Assembly: GCF_006345805.1 (NCBI RefSeq)
Contig: NC_043021.1
Location: forward strand, 15,500,001-15,564,000
Origin: Octopus sinensis
Lineage: Eukaryota
Direction: 5' to 3'
DNA length: 64,000 nucleotides
Part shown: piece by piece, positions 25,644 to 38,920 of the stretch
Position numbering within the stretch: position 1 is the stretch's first letter
Layout of the letters: every line of letters begins with the position of its first letter
Notes under the pieces: generated by a model
What the model was told of the DNA's origin: nothing
Seen by the model: the letters and a program-made list of their open reading frames with translations, nothing else
Database searches by the model: none
Made by a program: the position numbers and the translations under genes

Positions 25644-25689
25644 AACACAACGTTTCGGCTGATATACTCTCCAGCCTTCATCAGGTGTC
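25644..25689 (-). ncRNA. Minimal type I hammerhead ribozyme with canonical core (Penelope-type, family P2)
   Basis: GACAC CTGATGA A GGCTG gagagtatat CAGCC GAAAC GT T GTGTT: 5-bp stem I, 5-bp stem II, palindromic AACGTT stem III, GUU cleavage triplet. Confidence 0.8.
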
Positions 25690-25805
25690 TTGGGGAAATT
25701 TCGATCCTGGGTTCTCATTCCTAAGGTATTTTCGATGTTGTTGTTGTTGTTATTATTATTATTATTATTATCATTATTATTATCATTATTATTATTATGA
25801 TTATG

Positions 25806-25835
<30 letters not shown>

Positions 25836-25836
<1 letters not shown>

Positions 25837-25909
25837 TTAGTTCACTGTGTGGAATCAAACTCGGAATCTTGGGTTAGTAGTCCACACTCTTAACCACTAC
25901 GCTATATGC
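25836..25909 (-). mobile_element. tRNA-derived Pol III head followed by (AAT)n; partial inverted copy at 25909-25945 (+)
   Basis: A box TAGCGTAGTGG (25894-25904), B box GAGTTTGATTCC (25851-25862). Confidence 0.75.
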
Positions 25910-26489
25910 TCAAGATTCTGAGTTCAATTCCAAGCAGTGACCTGAATAATAATAACAATTATAATAATAATAATAATAATAATACTTTCTACTAGTTGCA
26001 GGCCTTGTACCTTTCTACTATAGGCACAAGGCTTGCAACTTTGGGGGCCATGGGTCTAGTTGATTTTAGTGCCCCAGATAGGATTAAAGGCAAAAGTGAT
26101 AATATTTCTAACACTGGCACAAGGGCAATGAGAAATTTGGCTGTGGCAGGGTTAGGGGTTACTTGATTAAATCAGCCCCAGTAGTTATTGGAGTGTTTCA
26201 GTTTATTGATTAGGGAGGAGTTGGCTGCAGTGGCAGTTGCATCGTCATTGACATCAGCTTCCATCCATATCCATATCCCCCCCCCCTGCAGGCATAAGGT
26301 CAGACATCCAAACAAGCTGTCACCCAACCACCACCACCACTACCACCACTGCCACCAGCATCAGAAAGGAGCTATATCATCGTGTCTGATCCATTTGATT
26401 TGGTTTTCTATGCACACATATACATGTGCATTGTGCGTGCATATATACTGAAAGAAATAAGAACTAACTCTCTCCCTCCTATCTTCCTA

Positions 26490-26521
<32 letters not shown>

Positions 26522-26545
26522 CATATGTGTGTGTGTGTGTGTGTG

Positions 26546-26582
<37 letters not shown>

Positions 26583-26878
26583 AATAACTGTCTTTCTGTC
26601 TCTACCCATGCATTCAAGTGCACATGCACTAATATATATATAATACAATTGATGTATCGAGCCACTAGGGGGGTTGGTTTATAGTCCCTCAACCTACTAG
26701 ACATGCCTGACAAATCTCTCTTAAATTACACCCTACTGTGTTAGAAAAGAAAGGGTCACTTTGTGCCATGTGGTCCTCATATCCTGTACTGAGGGAAAAA
26801 GTCGGGATGGCCATGGTTGTAATGCCATCCATTGATCACTGAGCTGCTTGATCGTATTTCACCCTGGGCTTAACAATA

Positions 26879-26912
<34 letters not shown>

Positions 26913-27387
26913 ACTATGAATGTTTGTATTGTATGCGTGACTGTCTGTCTGTCTATGTATCTGTACAACTATCTGTCTGTCTTTCTATCTATCTATCCAT
27001 CCATCCATCTATCTACCTGCCTACATATGTATATATGCAGAGACATGTATACACACATAATTGTACACACATATATTGTTACATGTGTGTGTGTGTAGCA
27101 TATTTGCACATGAACACATGAACACATGCACAGATTGCACATACACACACACATCTTCAGTATATTAAATGCAGGATTGCTTGTCCCCTTATGAATTTTT
27201 TTTTCTCTTTGTTAACAACCGATACCTCTCAGTAGGTACATGTAAGCAAAACATGATTTTATTTATTCTACTCTGCACCCTTCCAACACACACACACTCT
27301 TCTGCATATTAATAACTTCTACTTGTTTATCTTGTCTCTATATAAACCCCAATCTGTTTACCAGGGGGGACAGTTCTAACATATATA

Positions 27388-27423
<36 letters not shown>

Positions 27424-28093
27424 TGAGTTCTACGTCTAATTGTGGTGTCCTGTACTCGTGTATATATATTTATATATGCTTGTATATATACATGTAGATG
27501 TAAGTACGTACATATATGTATGTATGTATGCATATATAAATGGGTCTATGTTGTTCTTGTTGTTGCACCAGGACTTTGTATGAAATTGTGGAATGAATGG
27601 ATTACCGTTAATTCATTAATCCTTACCCAGATTAAGATTCAGAGTTCTCTCTCGCTGCTCTATTTTTGGTTTTTTGTTGTTGTTTATTTTTTTTTTTTGC
27701 TAGGTAATAGAAAAATGTCATTTTCGTAGTATTTCACATACTAAGTTTATATGATGCTGATGATGATATGATGATGATGATCTTCATCATTATCATTGTT
27801 ATCTCAGAAGAGGTTCTTTAGCATTGAATAGAATGCTTCATGTTAATTCTTCTAATACCTAGCAGTCTGAGTTCAAATTCTTCAAAGAGCCACTTTACCT
27901 CTCAGGGTCAATGAAAAACAGAACTAATCCAAGGCAATGGATTGGTGGCACTACAAGAATGTCAGATCGTATGCATTACTGTGTTTATTCGAGCCCTTTG
28001 CATTCTGAGTTCAAACCTCTTCATGGCTTACTTGGGTGGTAGACTTAACACATTGCCTGTTTTTGGCAACCCGACCTTAGTAACTTAAGTTTC

Positions 28094-28274
28094 TTTAGCA
28101 GAGAACATTCTGTTACAAGCAAACACCACCACTTGGTCCTTAAGGACATTTAGCAGAATCTACACTGTTGCAAGCAAATACCACTACCTAGTCTGTGGTT
28201 ACCTCTAACAGAGTCCACTCTGTTGCAAGCAAACACCACCACCTGGTCTGTGGGTGCCTTTAACAGAGTCCACT
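28094..28274. repeat. 55-bp minisatellite, about 3.3 diverged copies
   Basis: T(T/C)TA(G/A)CAGA at 28094, 28149, 28204 and 28259. Confidence 0.85.
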
Positions 28275-29063
28275 TGCTTGAAGATACCTTCCTTCTACTA
28301 GGCCCTGAGAATCCCTGACTCCTCTCCTGATTACATAGATTTTTTTTTAAAATGTCCCTTCTTGAAGAAACTCCCAGTTCTTTATGATTTGAAGAATGCA
28401 TCAAATGTTTGCATTTTTACATTGGAAAATATTTAGTCCATTTTGGAAAACAGCTATACAAATATATTCAGGGTAAAGAAATGCTTTGTGAGAACACTCA
28501 GTGCATTTATTTGTGTAGTGTTTAAGTTTTCTTAAATGTTCCCTGGGTTGGCTTTTGCCATAGCCTCTGATTAACCAAAACCTTGCGAGTGAAAATGAGT
28601 AGGCAGAAACTGTTTAGAAGCCCCTTGAGGGGATTGATTTGCGCTGTAATTCAATGAATTGGCCCTTTTGCATGTTATATATGCTGATTCTTCCTGAAAA
28701 TTGCACTAGCTGCATATGCGTCTGTGGTATATTCAGCTACTCACATGTTAATTCAATGAGTCGACCATTCTATTAATCAAACAGTTGGAACATACATTGT
28801 CAAAACCTACGTGGGGTGGGGTTGCTGGTCCTTTGTTATTATTTATAGTTACAAAAGCAGCAATCTGGTAATACTATTAACATGCTGGGCAAAACACTTT
28901 GTGGCATTCTGAGATCAAATCCCACAGAGATTGACTTTGCCTTTCATCCTTTGTAGAGTCAAAATAAATGCCAGTCAAAAACTGAGGTCAACTACCCCCC
29001 CTCTCTGCTCAAAAACTGCTGGCCTTGTGCCAAAATTTGAAATCCATCATTACGATACTTACA

Positions 29064-29459
29064 TAGGCGCAGGAGCGGCTGTGTGGTAAGTAGCTTGTTT
29101 ACCAACCACATGGTTCCGGGTTCAGTCCCACTGCGTGGCACCTTCGGCAAGTGTCTTCTACTATAGCCTTGGGCCGACCAAAGCCTTGTGAGTGGATTTG
29201 GTAGACGAAAACTGAAAGAAGCCCGTCGTATATATGTATGTATATATATATGTATATGCGTGTGTGTGTTTGTCCCCCTATAGCATTGCTTGACAACCGA
29301 TGCTGGTGTGTTTATGTCCCCGTTACTTAGCGGTTCGGCAAAAGAGACCGATAGAATAAGTACTGGGCTTACAAAAGAAAAACTCCCGGGGTCGAGTTGC
29401 TTGATTAAAGTCGGTGCTCCAGCATGGCCACAGTCAAATGACTGAAACGAGTAAAAGAG
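29064..29459 (+). mobile_element. SINE family A
   Basis: Full-length copy. Confidence 0.92.
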
Positions 29460-29799
29460 AATAATATTCCAGCTCTTTACATTTTGAATTCAAATCCTGC
29501 TGAGATCAACTTTTCCTTCTACGCCCCACTTGAGATCAATAAAATAATTTATCAGTTAAATACTCGCCTCTGCCCTTCAATATTGCTAGCCTTGTCCCTA
29601 AATTAGAAACCGTTATATTTACCTAAAATGGTTTTATTTTCAGTGTCTGCTCGTTTCAGTAATCATATTTCAGTGTGTTGCTCTCAGTATTAGTTTATCA
29701 AGATTTCTGCTATAACACTCTACACATGTATATAAGAAACCAAAAAAAAAAAAAAAAAGTTATTTTCTTAAGATTTATTAGATATTTGTTGTTATTCTA

Positions 29800-30295
29800 A
29801 GGCAGTCAGCGCTGGCAGAATGGGTAGCAAATCAGCCGAAATGCTTTGTGAAATTTCTTCTGGCTTTTTATGTTCTGAATTCAAGCACTGCTGAGGTCAG
29901 CTTCACCTTTTATCCTTTTGGGGTTGACAAAAATAAGTACCAGTTGAACACTGGGGTCAATGTAATTGATTAGCCCCTCCTGCCAAAAATTCTGGGCTTG
30001 TGCCCGAGGAATACTCAGTGTTAAAATGTTATTACTACAGTTTTTTTTCTTCTTGTTAATATAGCAATAATAATGATAATAATAATAATCCTTTTTAATA
30101 TAGGCACAAGGCCTGGATTTTCGTGGGGAGGGGACAGTCAATTACATCAACCCCAGTGTTCAAATGGTACTTAGTTTATTGCCCCTGAAAGGATGAAAGA
30201 TGACCTCGGTGGAATTTGAACTCAAAACAACAACAGACAAAATGCCATTAAGCATTTTTGCCCAGTGTGCTCATAATTCTGCCAGTTTGCTTCCC
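29800..30295. mobile_element. Tail-to-tail inverted pair of family C SINEs
   Basis: Plus copy about 29800-30010, minus copy about 30095-30295. Confidence 0.75.
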
Positions 30296-30298
30296 TAA

Positions 30299-30903
30299 TC
30301 ATCATCGTTTAACGTCCGTTCTCCATGCTGGCATGGGTTGGATGGTTCGACCGGGGATTTGGGAAGCCAGAAGGCTGCACCAGGCTCCAGTCTGATCTGG
30401 CAGTGTTTCTACAGCTGGATGCCCTTCCTAACGCCAACCACTCTGTGAGTGTAGTGGGTGCTTTTTACATGTCACATGCACAGGCTGGCAACGGCCACGG
30501 TCGGATTGGTGCATTTTACGTGCCACCAGCACGGAAGCCAGTCGAGGCGGCACTGGCATCGGCCACCTTCAGATGGTGCTGTTTATGTGCCACCGGCTCA
30601 GGGATCACAACTGCAGTTTCCATTGATTTTGATGTCAGTGTACTTGACTCAATGGATCTCCTCAAGCACAGGGTCGAAATGGTGTTTCTTCACTTGCCAC
30701 CTGCACAGGAGTCAGTCCAACGGTCCTGGCAACTGCCAGGACCAAATAATAATAATCATCATTCATCTACTAAAGGCACAAGATCCCAAAAGGATGAAAG
30801 GCAAAGTCGACCTGGGCAGAATTGGAGCTCAGAACGTAAAAACAGACAAAATGCTGCTAAGCGTTTTGCCCGGCACGCTCACGATTCTGCCTCCTTGCTG
30901 CCT
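30299..30903 (-). mobile_element. Family D (30299-30735) and family C (30765-30903)
   Basis: Explains ORFs 30325-30906 and 30458-30922. Confidence 0.85.
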
Positions 30904-31295
30904 TAATGATGATAATGATTAGTTTAATTATAGATATCTTAAATATTTCTCTCGATGAATGATGGCCTTTTTTCCATATGGTATAATTTGTTGGCTTTGC
31001 TGTCCCATTTTGCTGCTGGGTTTGTTCAAGGCCAGCGCCAGTTTGTGTGCAGAACATTCAGATCACAGAAGTATTAGCTGTGTCAGAGAGAGAGAGAGCG
31101 CACGTGGGGAAGTAGGCTTGAGGCTCCCTGTTGTTTGTTCATCATCATTGTCAAATGTGCCATTAATTAGAATGGCCACTGCTACGCTGCTGCTGCTTTT
31201 GTTTCAGACTTTAAAGCTTTGAAATCTAATCTAATTTTTTTTTCTCAACTTTTTGGTGAATTTTACTGCTGCAGTGATGATTGATTCACTGTCAC

Positions 31296-31335
<40 letters not shown>

Positions 31336-31955
31336 TGATCTTGTAAAAAAATGTGTCAGAGATTTGGGAATTATAAAAGTGGTGATCTGTATTAATAACT
31401 GCTTTTCTGAAATTTTTCTCTGATACTAAATAGTCCCCTGCCATCGTCTCTTAGAATGTATGGTCATGTATGAAGCAAGTTTTTTGTTTTTTCCAGAAGA
31501 TTGCTCTAATGTTGTGGTCTTATAAAATTCTGTAGTCCAACACAACAAAAATCCGTATTCAGTGTATGTCTGCAGCTGCAAGTTTTTTAATGGTATTGAT
31601 GATGTTTGTTTTTTTATATTATTTTCTTCGAAATGAGTGGATCTTTTAAACCATTTTATCTTCCTGTTAAGATATGAATCTCTTGTTTTCAGTTACGCTT
31701 CTCAGACACTGTATATGGCACTTGCAGGTCCACTGCAAGACACCTTGGCCAAATGTCTTCTACTATAGCACTCTACCGGCCGATGCCTTGTGAGTGAATT
31801 TGGTTGATGGAAACTGTGTAGAAGCCTGTTTTACATATTGGATCAGGTCAGAGAAATCCTGCTATTGCTACCAGGTAACACAGTACTACCTGTTTCATGA
31901 TTGGGTGGTCAGCAACTAAACCAGCTCCTTAAGGAGAGCATTGTGGACACTAGAG

Positions 31956-32270
31956 CAGAGGTTCTCAAATTTTTTGAGGCCACAGACCCCCTCATGGCCA
32001 CATAATACCCTCACCCCTATTTTTATGTATTAATAAATATTTGATATTTTACTAATTTATATATACTATAAATCATTTGATATTTAATATAATATTATAT
32101 AATTTGTATACAATTCTATATTATAATAAATTCATAATGCCCCCAAACCATTGCCTTCTGCCCAACACCTCATTTTTTTTCTCTACCCCCCACTGTCTCC
32201 TTAGGCATCAGTGCCAACATGGACTGTCTCAACGCCCACCGGTGGGGGGGGGGCACTTTGAGAGTCTGTG
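31956..32270. mobile_element. hAT-type MITE, diverged
   Basis: CAGAGGTTCTCAAA...TTTGAGAGTCTGTG; imperfect TSD CACTAGAG/CTCTACAG. Confidence 0.6.
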
Positions 32271-32489
32271 CTCTACAGGATCAAAAACAAGATCTGTCAA
32301 AGGACGGATAAGCTTATAGAGAGTCAATGGTCTCATAAAAACTCCTGCACTTGGGCTGGCAAACCATGCAGTTGGTCTAGGATCATAGCCGGGAAATCTC
32401 CAATGAGAGACCTACAGTACTTTCAAGTTGAAGTCAACAGTCACATGTGATGTTGTGTAGAGCAAGCTAAAGTCTTTATATATAAATCA

Positions 32490-33030
32490 AATCAGAACCA
32501 AAATCGAAGTCGATCAACATCAATGGAAATTTCAGCTGCGATACCAGTGCCGGTGACACGTAAGCGAACCATCCAATCGTGGCCAGCGCCGCCCCGACTG
32601 GCCTCCGTGCCAGTGGCACATAAAAAGCACCATCCGTCCGTGGCCATTTGCCAGCCCCGTCTGGCACCTGTGCGGGTGGCACATAAAAAGCACCCACTAC
32701 ACTCACGGAGTGGTTGGCGTTAGGAAGGGCATCCAGCCGTAGAAACACTGCCAGATTAGACTGAGCCTGGTGCAGCCTTCTGGCTTCCCAGACCCTAGTT
32801 GAACCATGGAAAGCGGATGCTAAATGATGATGATGATGATATATATATATATATATATATCTTTTTCTACTCTAGGCACAAGGCCTGGAATTTGCGGGGA
32901 GTCGATTAGATCAACCCCAGTACGCAACTGGTACTAAATTTATTGATCCTGAAAGGATGGAAAGCAAAGTCAACCTCGGTGGAATTTGAACTCAGAACAT
33001 AAAGAAAGACAAAATACTGCTAAGCATTTT
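32490..33030. mobile_element. Family D (+, 32490-32840) and family C (-, 32865-33030)
   Basis: Similarity to other copies. Confidence 0.85.
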
Positions 33031-33974
33031 ATCTCATTTCCCTATTTGTTTCTTTCATTGTTCGAAAAGTAGTTCATTTTCTATGTCTTTTTATGTTCTC
33101 ATTTCTTCTTTTGTTCATGTTTTTTGATGTCCTGTACCTATATACACATGTATATATATACATATACATTTAGGTATATACATATATGTATGTATATATG
33201 CATATATTTATATATTATTATTATGATATATATATATATGTATATATATATATAAAATGGCAAGAGTTGAGAGGAGAGAGAAAGATTAAAATTTATGACA
33301 TTTTATTCCTATTTTAATGTTCTTCAAAAAAAAAAAAAAATAGGAAGAAAATAGAGGAAAAAAGGCAATCAATATTTCTATTTACCCCATGTGATTTGAT
33401 AAAAGAATCACCCAGCTCAGCTCTACCAGACTCTAAAATATGGTATGGTCTATATTCTCTCTCTCTCTCTCCTTATACTGTTCATCACTTTAATATTTCT
33501 CTTCTATTGTGTACTGCTGGGAATCATTCAGTGCTGCTAAAATATCCCCTCCCATCTCTCTCTCTTTCTCTCTGATTCTGTCTTCTCTCTATCGGTTCCC
33601 CATTCTTTCTCCCTCTTTATATTGTACACATTTTGATGCTGGCGCTCTTAGTAAATACAGCCGTCCTACTCCATCTTCATGAAAGGCAACTGGTCATAAA
33701 AGCCACAACGCGAAACAGCGTTGATGGTCAAAGACCAATTCCTATCAAAAGCTGCTCTGTTACTGTATCTGTGTCTAACCGGTTTCTCTGCTGGTTTCCC
33801 ATGCCAACAGAGAAAAATACCGATCATAAAACTAGTTAACCGAATAGATGCGTGTGTGAATATATATATATAGAGAGAGAAATGGTGATGCAGATATACA
33901 CAATTAGGCTTGACATATATCTATATATAAGGATATATGTATATTTGTGTGTGTGTGTATACATCTGTGTTTAC

Positions 33975-34187
33975 TCTTACTCTTTATTCTTTTACTTGTT
34001 TCAGTCATTTGACTGCAGCCATGCTGGAGCACTGCTTTTAATCGAGCAACTCGACCCCGGAACTTATTCTTTTGTAAGCCCAGTACTTATACTATCGGTT
34101 TCTTTTGCCGAACTGCTAAGTAACAGGGACATAAACATACCAGCATCGGTTGTCAAGCAATGCTAGGGGGACAAACACAGACACACA

Positions 34188-34241
<54 letters not shown>

Positions 34242-34650
34242 TATATATACGACGGGCTTCTTTCAGTTTCTGTCTACCATATCCACTCACAAGGCTTTGG
34301 TCAGCCCAAGGCTATAGTAGAAGACACTTGCCCAAGGTGCCACGCAGTGGGACTGAACCCGGAACCATGTGGTTGGTAAACAAGCTATTTACCACACAGC
34401 CACTCCTGCGCCTATGTTTGTGTGTGTATATATTTCATCATCATCATCATCATCATCATTATTTAGTGTCTGTTTTCCTTGCTGGTATGGGTTAGGCAGT
34501 TTAACTGGAACTGGTAAGCTGGAGAGCTGCACCAGGTACCAATCTGATTTGGCATGGTTTCTAAGGCTGGATGCCCTTCCTAATGCCAACCGCTCCAAGA
34601 GTGTACCGGGTGGTTTTTACATGCCACCGACACAGGTGCCAGTTATGTGA
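33975..34650 (-). mobile_element. Family A (33975-34414) and family D 3' part (34435-34650)
   Basis: Similarity to other copies. Confidence 0.88.
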
Positions 34651-35871
34651 TACCAGCATCATGTGTGTATGTCTGAAGCTTAATTGCGTTTATCAGCCTC
34701 ACTATCTCCATATCATCTTGCCTCGGATTTCTCTTATAACCACTCTAAACACTGTGGATCTAGTCTTCGATAAAGCATTTGAAGTTTAAGTTCAAATTCC
34801 TTTGAGCACTGCAACATGTTTTCTATACTGAGCATATCTAGCTCTTACCTATTTTCTGTATATATATATGTATATGTATGTGTGTGTGTAATGGTGTAAA
34901 CATGGCTTTGTAGTTAAGAAATTTACTTCCCAACTACAAGATTTTAGGTTAGGTCACTACATAACACCTTGGGTAACTCTTCTACTATAGTACTGAACTG
35001 ACCAATGCTTTGTCTGTGAATTTTTAAATGGAAATTGTTTGAAGCCTGTGACATTTGTATATGAGTGTAGACTTGTGTGGGCACATGCGTGAGTCTGTGA
35101 AAGTTTACATTTTGTTCTTCACATGAAAATGTTTCGAACTTCAACCCTTGTCATTCCCTGTCAATAAATCACCCACTGGCTCTGCACCTTCAAAGACATG
35201 GAACAAAAAAAAAAATCCCAGGCTTAGAAAAACCGATGCAGGTTTGCTATAAGAAAGATCTCTATCCAACTGTAAAACAATTCCCCAGTAATATATAATC
35301 ATCTAACCCATGCTAGCATCAAAAAGCAGGTGTAAAGTGAATTAAATATATATTATGGTAATAATTTTTTAAGTAGTTTCAGAAACCAAACTGGGAGTAC
35401 CTAGTGTGATTCGTCAATGTCCTCTTGAATTACTGCCAACTGGAATGTACTCTACATAGCAAGAACTGGAAAAGTACCAATATTTCTTTATCATTTTAAA
35501 GTTTACTTCACCATGCTTGCATGGAAATTTGTTGAGCCAGAAGACCTTCTCCTTGCCAGCCTTCACCTGTTTCCAAGCAAGATAACATTTCCTTATGTCT
35601 GCAATTATCATGTGAAATCAAAGCAAGGAGGCAGTAAAACACACACATATTTATATATACAATGGGCTTCTTTCAGTTTCTGTTTACGAATCTACTCACT
35701 CGGCTTTCGTTGACCCAGGGCTATTGTAGAATACACATGCTGGAGGTGTAATGCAGTAGGACTGAACCCAAAAGCATGTGGTTGGAAAGGAAACTTCTTA
35801 ACACACACACACACCTACATTTGCACCTATATGTGTGTGTTTATGTGTATGTATCTATATATATATATGTG

Positions 35872-35913
<42 letters not shown>

Positions 35914-35916
<3 letters not shown>

Positions 35917-36440
35917 GAAGGCATAGCTATTGATCGTAGCAGGTGGAGAAGGATTGTGCACGAGGGGACAGCCACTTCTGAGAAATCTCGAGTTGCACAT
36001 GAGAAAGTAAGGAGGGATGTCAGGAAGGGCATCGCTGTTACACTTCCAGATGGGAAGGGTCTTCCTTTGATGCTGACATGCAATGTCTGTGCAAGACCCT
36101 GCCTCAGTAAAGCTGGACTCATGAGTCATCTTCGTAGTCATAAAACGAGACAGATGAGTGACAACCTGGCCACTGGTGGTGGTGTAACACACCATACTAA
36201 TCATATCTGTCGGGCATGTGAAAGAGAGTGTAATTCGGCAGGAGGAGTTAAACGACATGCAAAGGTACATGAAGCCCAGTTACAACTACAGCCGGCTATT
36301 ACCAGTAAAGGTCTTAGTTGCCAATTTTGTACAAGACATTGTAGATCTTTAGCTGGGCTAAAAAGTCACATTCGATCACAACACCAATAACAGTTAAGCT
36401 TCGTGCAATGGCCATACTCGATAACGAGGGGGCAGCCATA
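35914..36440 (+). mobile_element. 5'-truncated RTE-clade LINE: open 158-codon C-terminus (35914-36390) with three C2H2 zinc fingers, plus short 3' UTR
   Basis: WEGIAIDRSRWRRIVHEG is the RTE C-terminal motif; fingers CNVC..HLRSH, CRAC..HAKVH, CQFC..HIRSQH; flanked by (TA)n on both sides. Confidence 0.85.
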
Positions 36441-36785
36441 ATATATATATATAAAGTACCCATGCAGCGTCACGTAAAAGCACCTGTGCGGTGCCATGTA
36501 AAAGCGCCTAGCACATTGTAAAGTGGTTAGTGTTAGGATGGGCATCCGGCCATAGAAACCATGCCAAAGCAGACTGGAATCTGGTGCAGAACCCCCCCCC
36601 CCAAGCCTGCCAGCTCTGGTCACACCATCTAATGTATGCCAGCATGGACAGCAGACATTAAATGATGGTAATAATGATATGTATATATATCATCATCGCC
36701 ATCATTTAATGTCCGTTTTCCATGCTGCCATGGGTTGGATAGTTTGACAGGAGCTGGCCAACAAAAGACCTACCCAACATATATA

Positions 36786-37174
36786 CTCTTTTACTCTTTT
36801 CAGTCATGTGACTGCGGCCATGCTGGAGCACCGCCTTTAGTCGAGCAAATCGACCCCGGGACTTATTCTTTGTAAGCCCAGTACTTATTCTATCAGTCTC
36901 TTTTGCCGAACCGCTAAGTGACAGGGACATAAACACACTAGCATCGGTTGTCAAGCAATGCTAGGAGGACAAACACAGACACACACACTTATATATATAT
37001 ACATACATACGACAGGCTTCTTTCAGTTTCCGTCTACCAAATCCACTCACAAGGCATTGGTCGGCCCGAGGCTATAGCAGAAGACACTTGCCCAAGATGC
37101 CACGCAGTGGGACTGAACCCGGAACCATGTGGTTGGTTAGCAAGCTACTTACCACACAGCCACTCCTGCGCCTA
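36786..37174 (-). mobile_element. SINE family A, young copy
   Basis: Full-length reverse-complement copy. Confidence 0.92.
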
Positions 37175-38371
37175 TACATATATATATATGAATGTGTGTG
37201 TGCATGTGTCCAATCCATGCCAGCATGGAAAATGGACACTAAATGTTAATGATGGCAATGATGATGATGATGATATATAATGAAAGAGGTGACTGTGATC
37301 CTTTTTCCAATACTTTGAAGCTGCAAGACAAAACAATTCCTTACCATAACAAGTTCTAATCCTGAAAATGAAACTGCGATTCAAAACGATTTATTTTTTA
37401 TTGAAACTATATTTTTATCTACCACAACCACCATCCCCCACACCTTTCCCAGAACAATTACATAATGTAAAATTTAATTTACAACAAGACAAAAGAAAGA
37501 AAGAAAAATTAATGTTACGAAGCGTTCTTTGAATAGGAAACAATCACATTAGTAGCTTCACGTTTTTTTACTTTATGCTTTTCACTTTTTTTCTTTTTTC
37601 TTTTTTTTTTTTCATCTTTTGAAGTCCTCTTCCCCCTCCTCCTCCGATCAATATCTCTGACTACAACTTTAGATAGTTATAAGGGCTAATACTTCGATTA
37701 ATATCTAAAATTTGTCGAAAATATTCTCAATTTACAAGAAAGAATTGTAGAGAATGGAAAGAATAACCCCCATCCCGGAATGAAACAAATATGTTTCATT
37801 CCAGGATGGAATATGTGAGAGAGAGAGAGAGAGAGGGGGGGGGGTAGTTAGACCAAAGGGATCCTTTTTTTTTTTTACTTTTTTTACTGATATAACATCT
37901 ATTATCATAACGTTGCTGCCGACCCCTTGCCCTTGTTGTCCAACAGGGGGTAGGAAACCTATTCTTGGCGGTGCTTGTAATAAAAAGTGTTTTTGATGTT
38001 TATCTGAAACTGGAGTTGCTGACCTTCATTTGCTTGTGTGTGTTTGTGCTCTCTATCTAACTGGCCCTCCGTTAACCCCTTGCCTCATCCTGGTGCATCC
38101 ACCTCTCCATCCAGCCATCCGGCTGTCCACCCCGTCCCCCCACTCCCTAACTAATGTTACCATAACTGTTATATCCCTCATCCATGAACTCCATTGTTTC
38201 ATTTAATTATGATGCGTTGGAACTTCTCGTACAGGGATTGCATCGCTTTGCAGTAAAGATGGAAGCAGCCATTTCCAGGAAGAGGAAAGCCCAGTTGTAT
38301 AGCAATATGTTAATTAAATTGTGTGGTTTTTTTTTTACTATCAGATAGCCTTTCACAGCCTCTTCAAATAT

Positions 38372-38374
38372 ATA

Positions 38375-38407
<33 letters not shown>

Positions 38408-38434
38408 TATATATCTATATATATATATATATAT

Positions 38435-38469
<35 letters not shown>

Positions 38470-38837
38470 TAGATAGATAGATATATATATAGATAGATAG
38501 ATATAGATATATATATAGATATAGATAGATATAGATATATATATAGATATAGAGATATATAGATATTATATAGAGATATAGATATATATAGATATATATA
38601 TATAGATATATATATATAGATATAGAGATATATAGATATATATATATAGATATAGATATATAGATATAGATATATATATATAGATATTATATAGATATAG
38701 ATATAGAGATATAGATATAATATATAGATATAGATATATATATATAGATATATATATAGATATAGATATAGATGATATATATATATATATATATAGATAT
38801 AGATATATATATAGATGATATATATAGATATAGATAT

Positions 38838-38888
<51 letters not shown>

Positions 38889-38920
38889 ACACACAATTAT
38901 ATATGTGTGTGTGTGTGTGT
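38372..38920. repeat. Compound (TG)n/(TAGA)n/(TATAGA)n/(TA)n array
   Basis: Direct reading. Confidence 0.95.

Noticed and set aside
30959-31222. 87-aa ORF with signal-peptide-like start; likewise the 132-aa ORF at 52296-52694
   Set aside because: They run through (GA)n or (GGT)n repeats, lack convincing splice signals and have no recognisable domain
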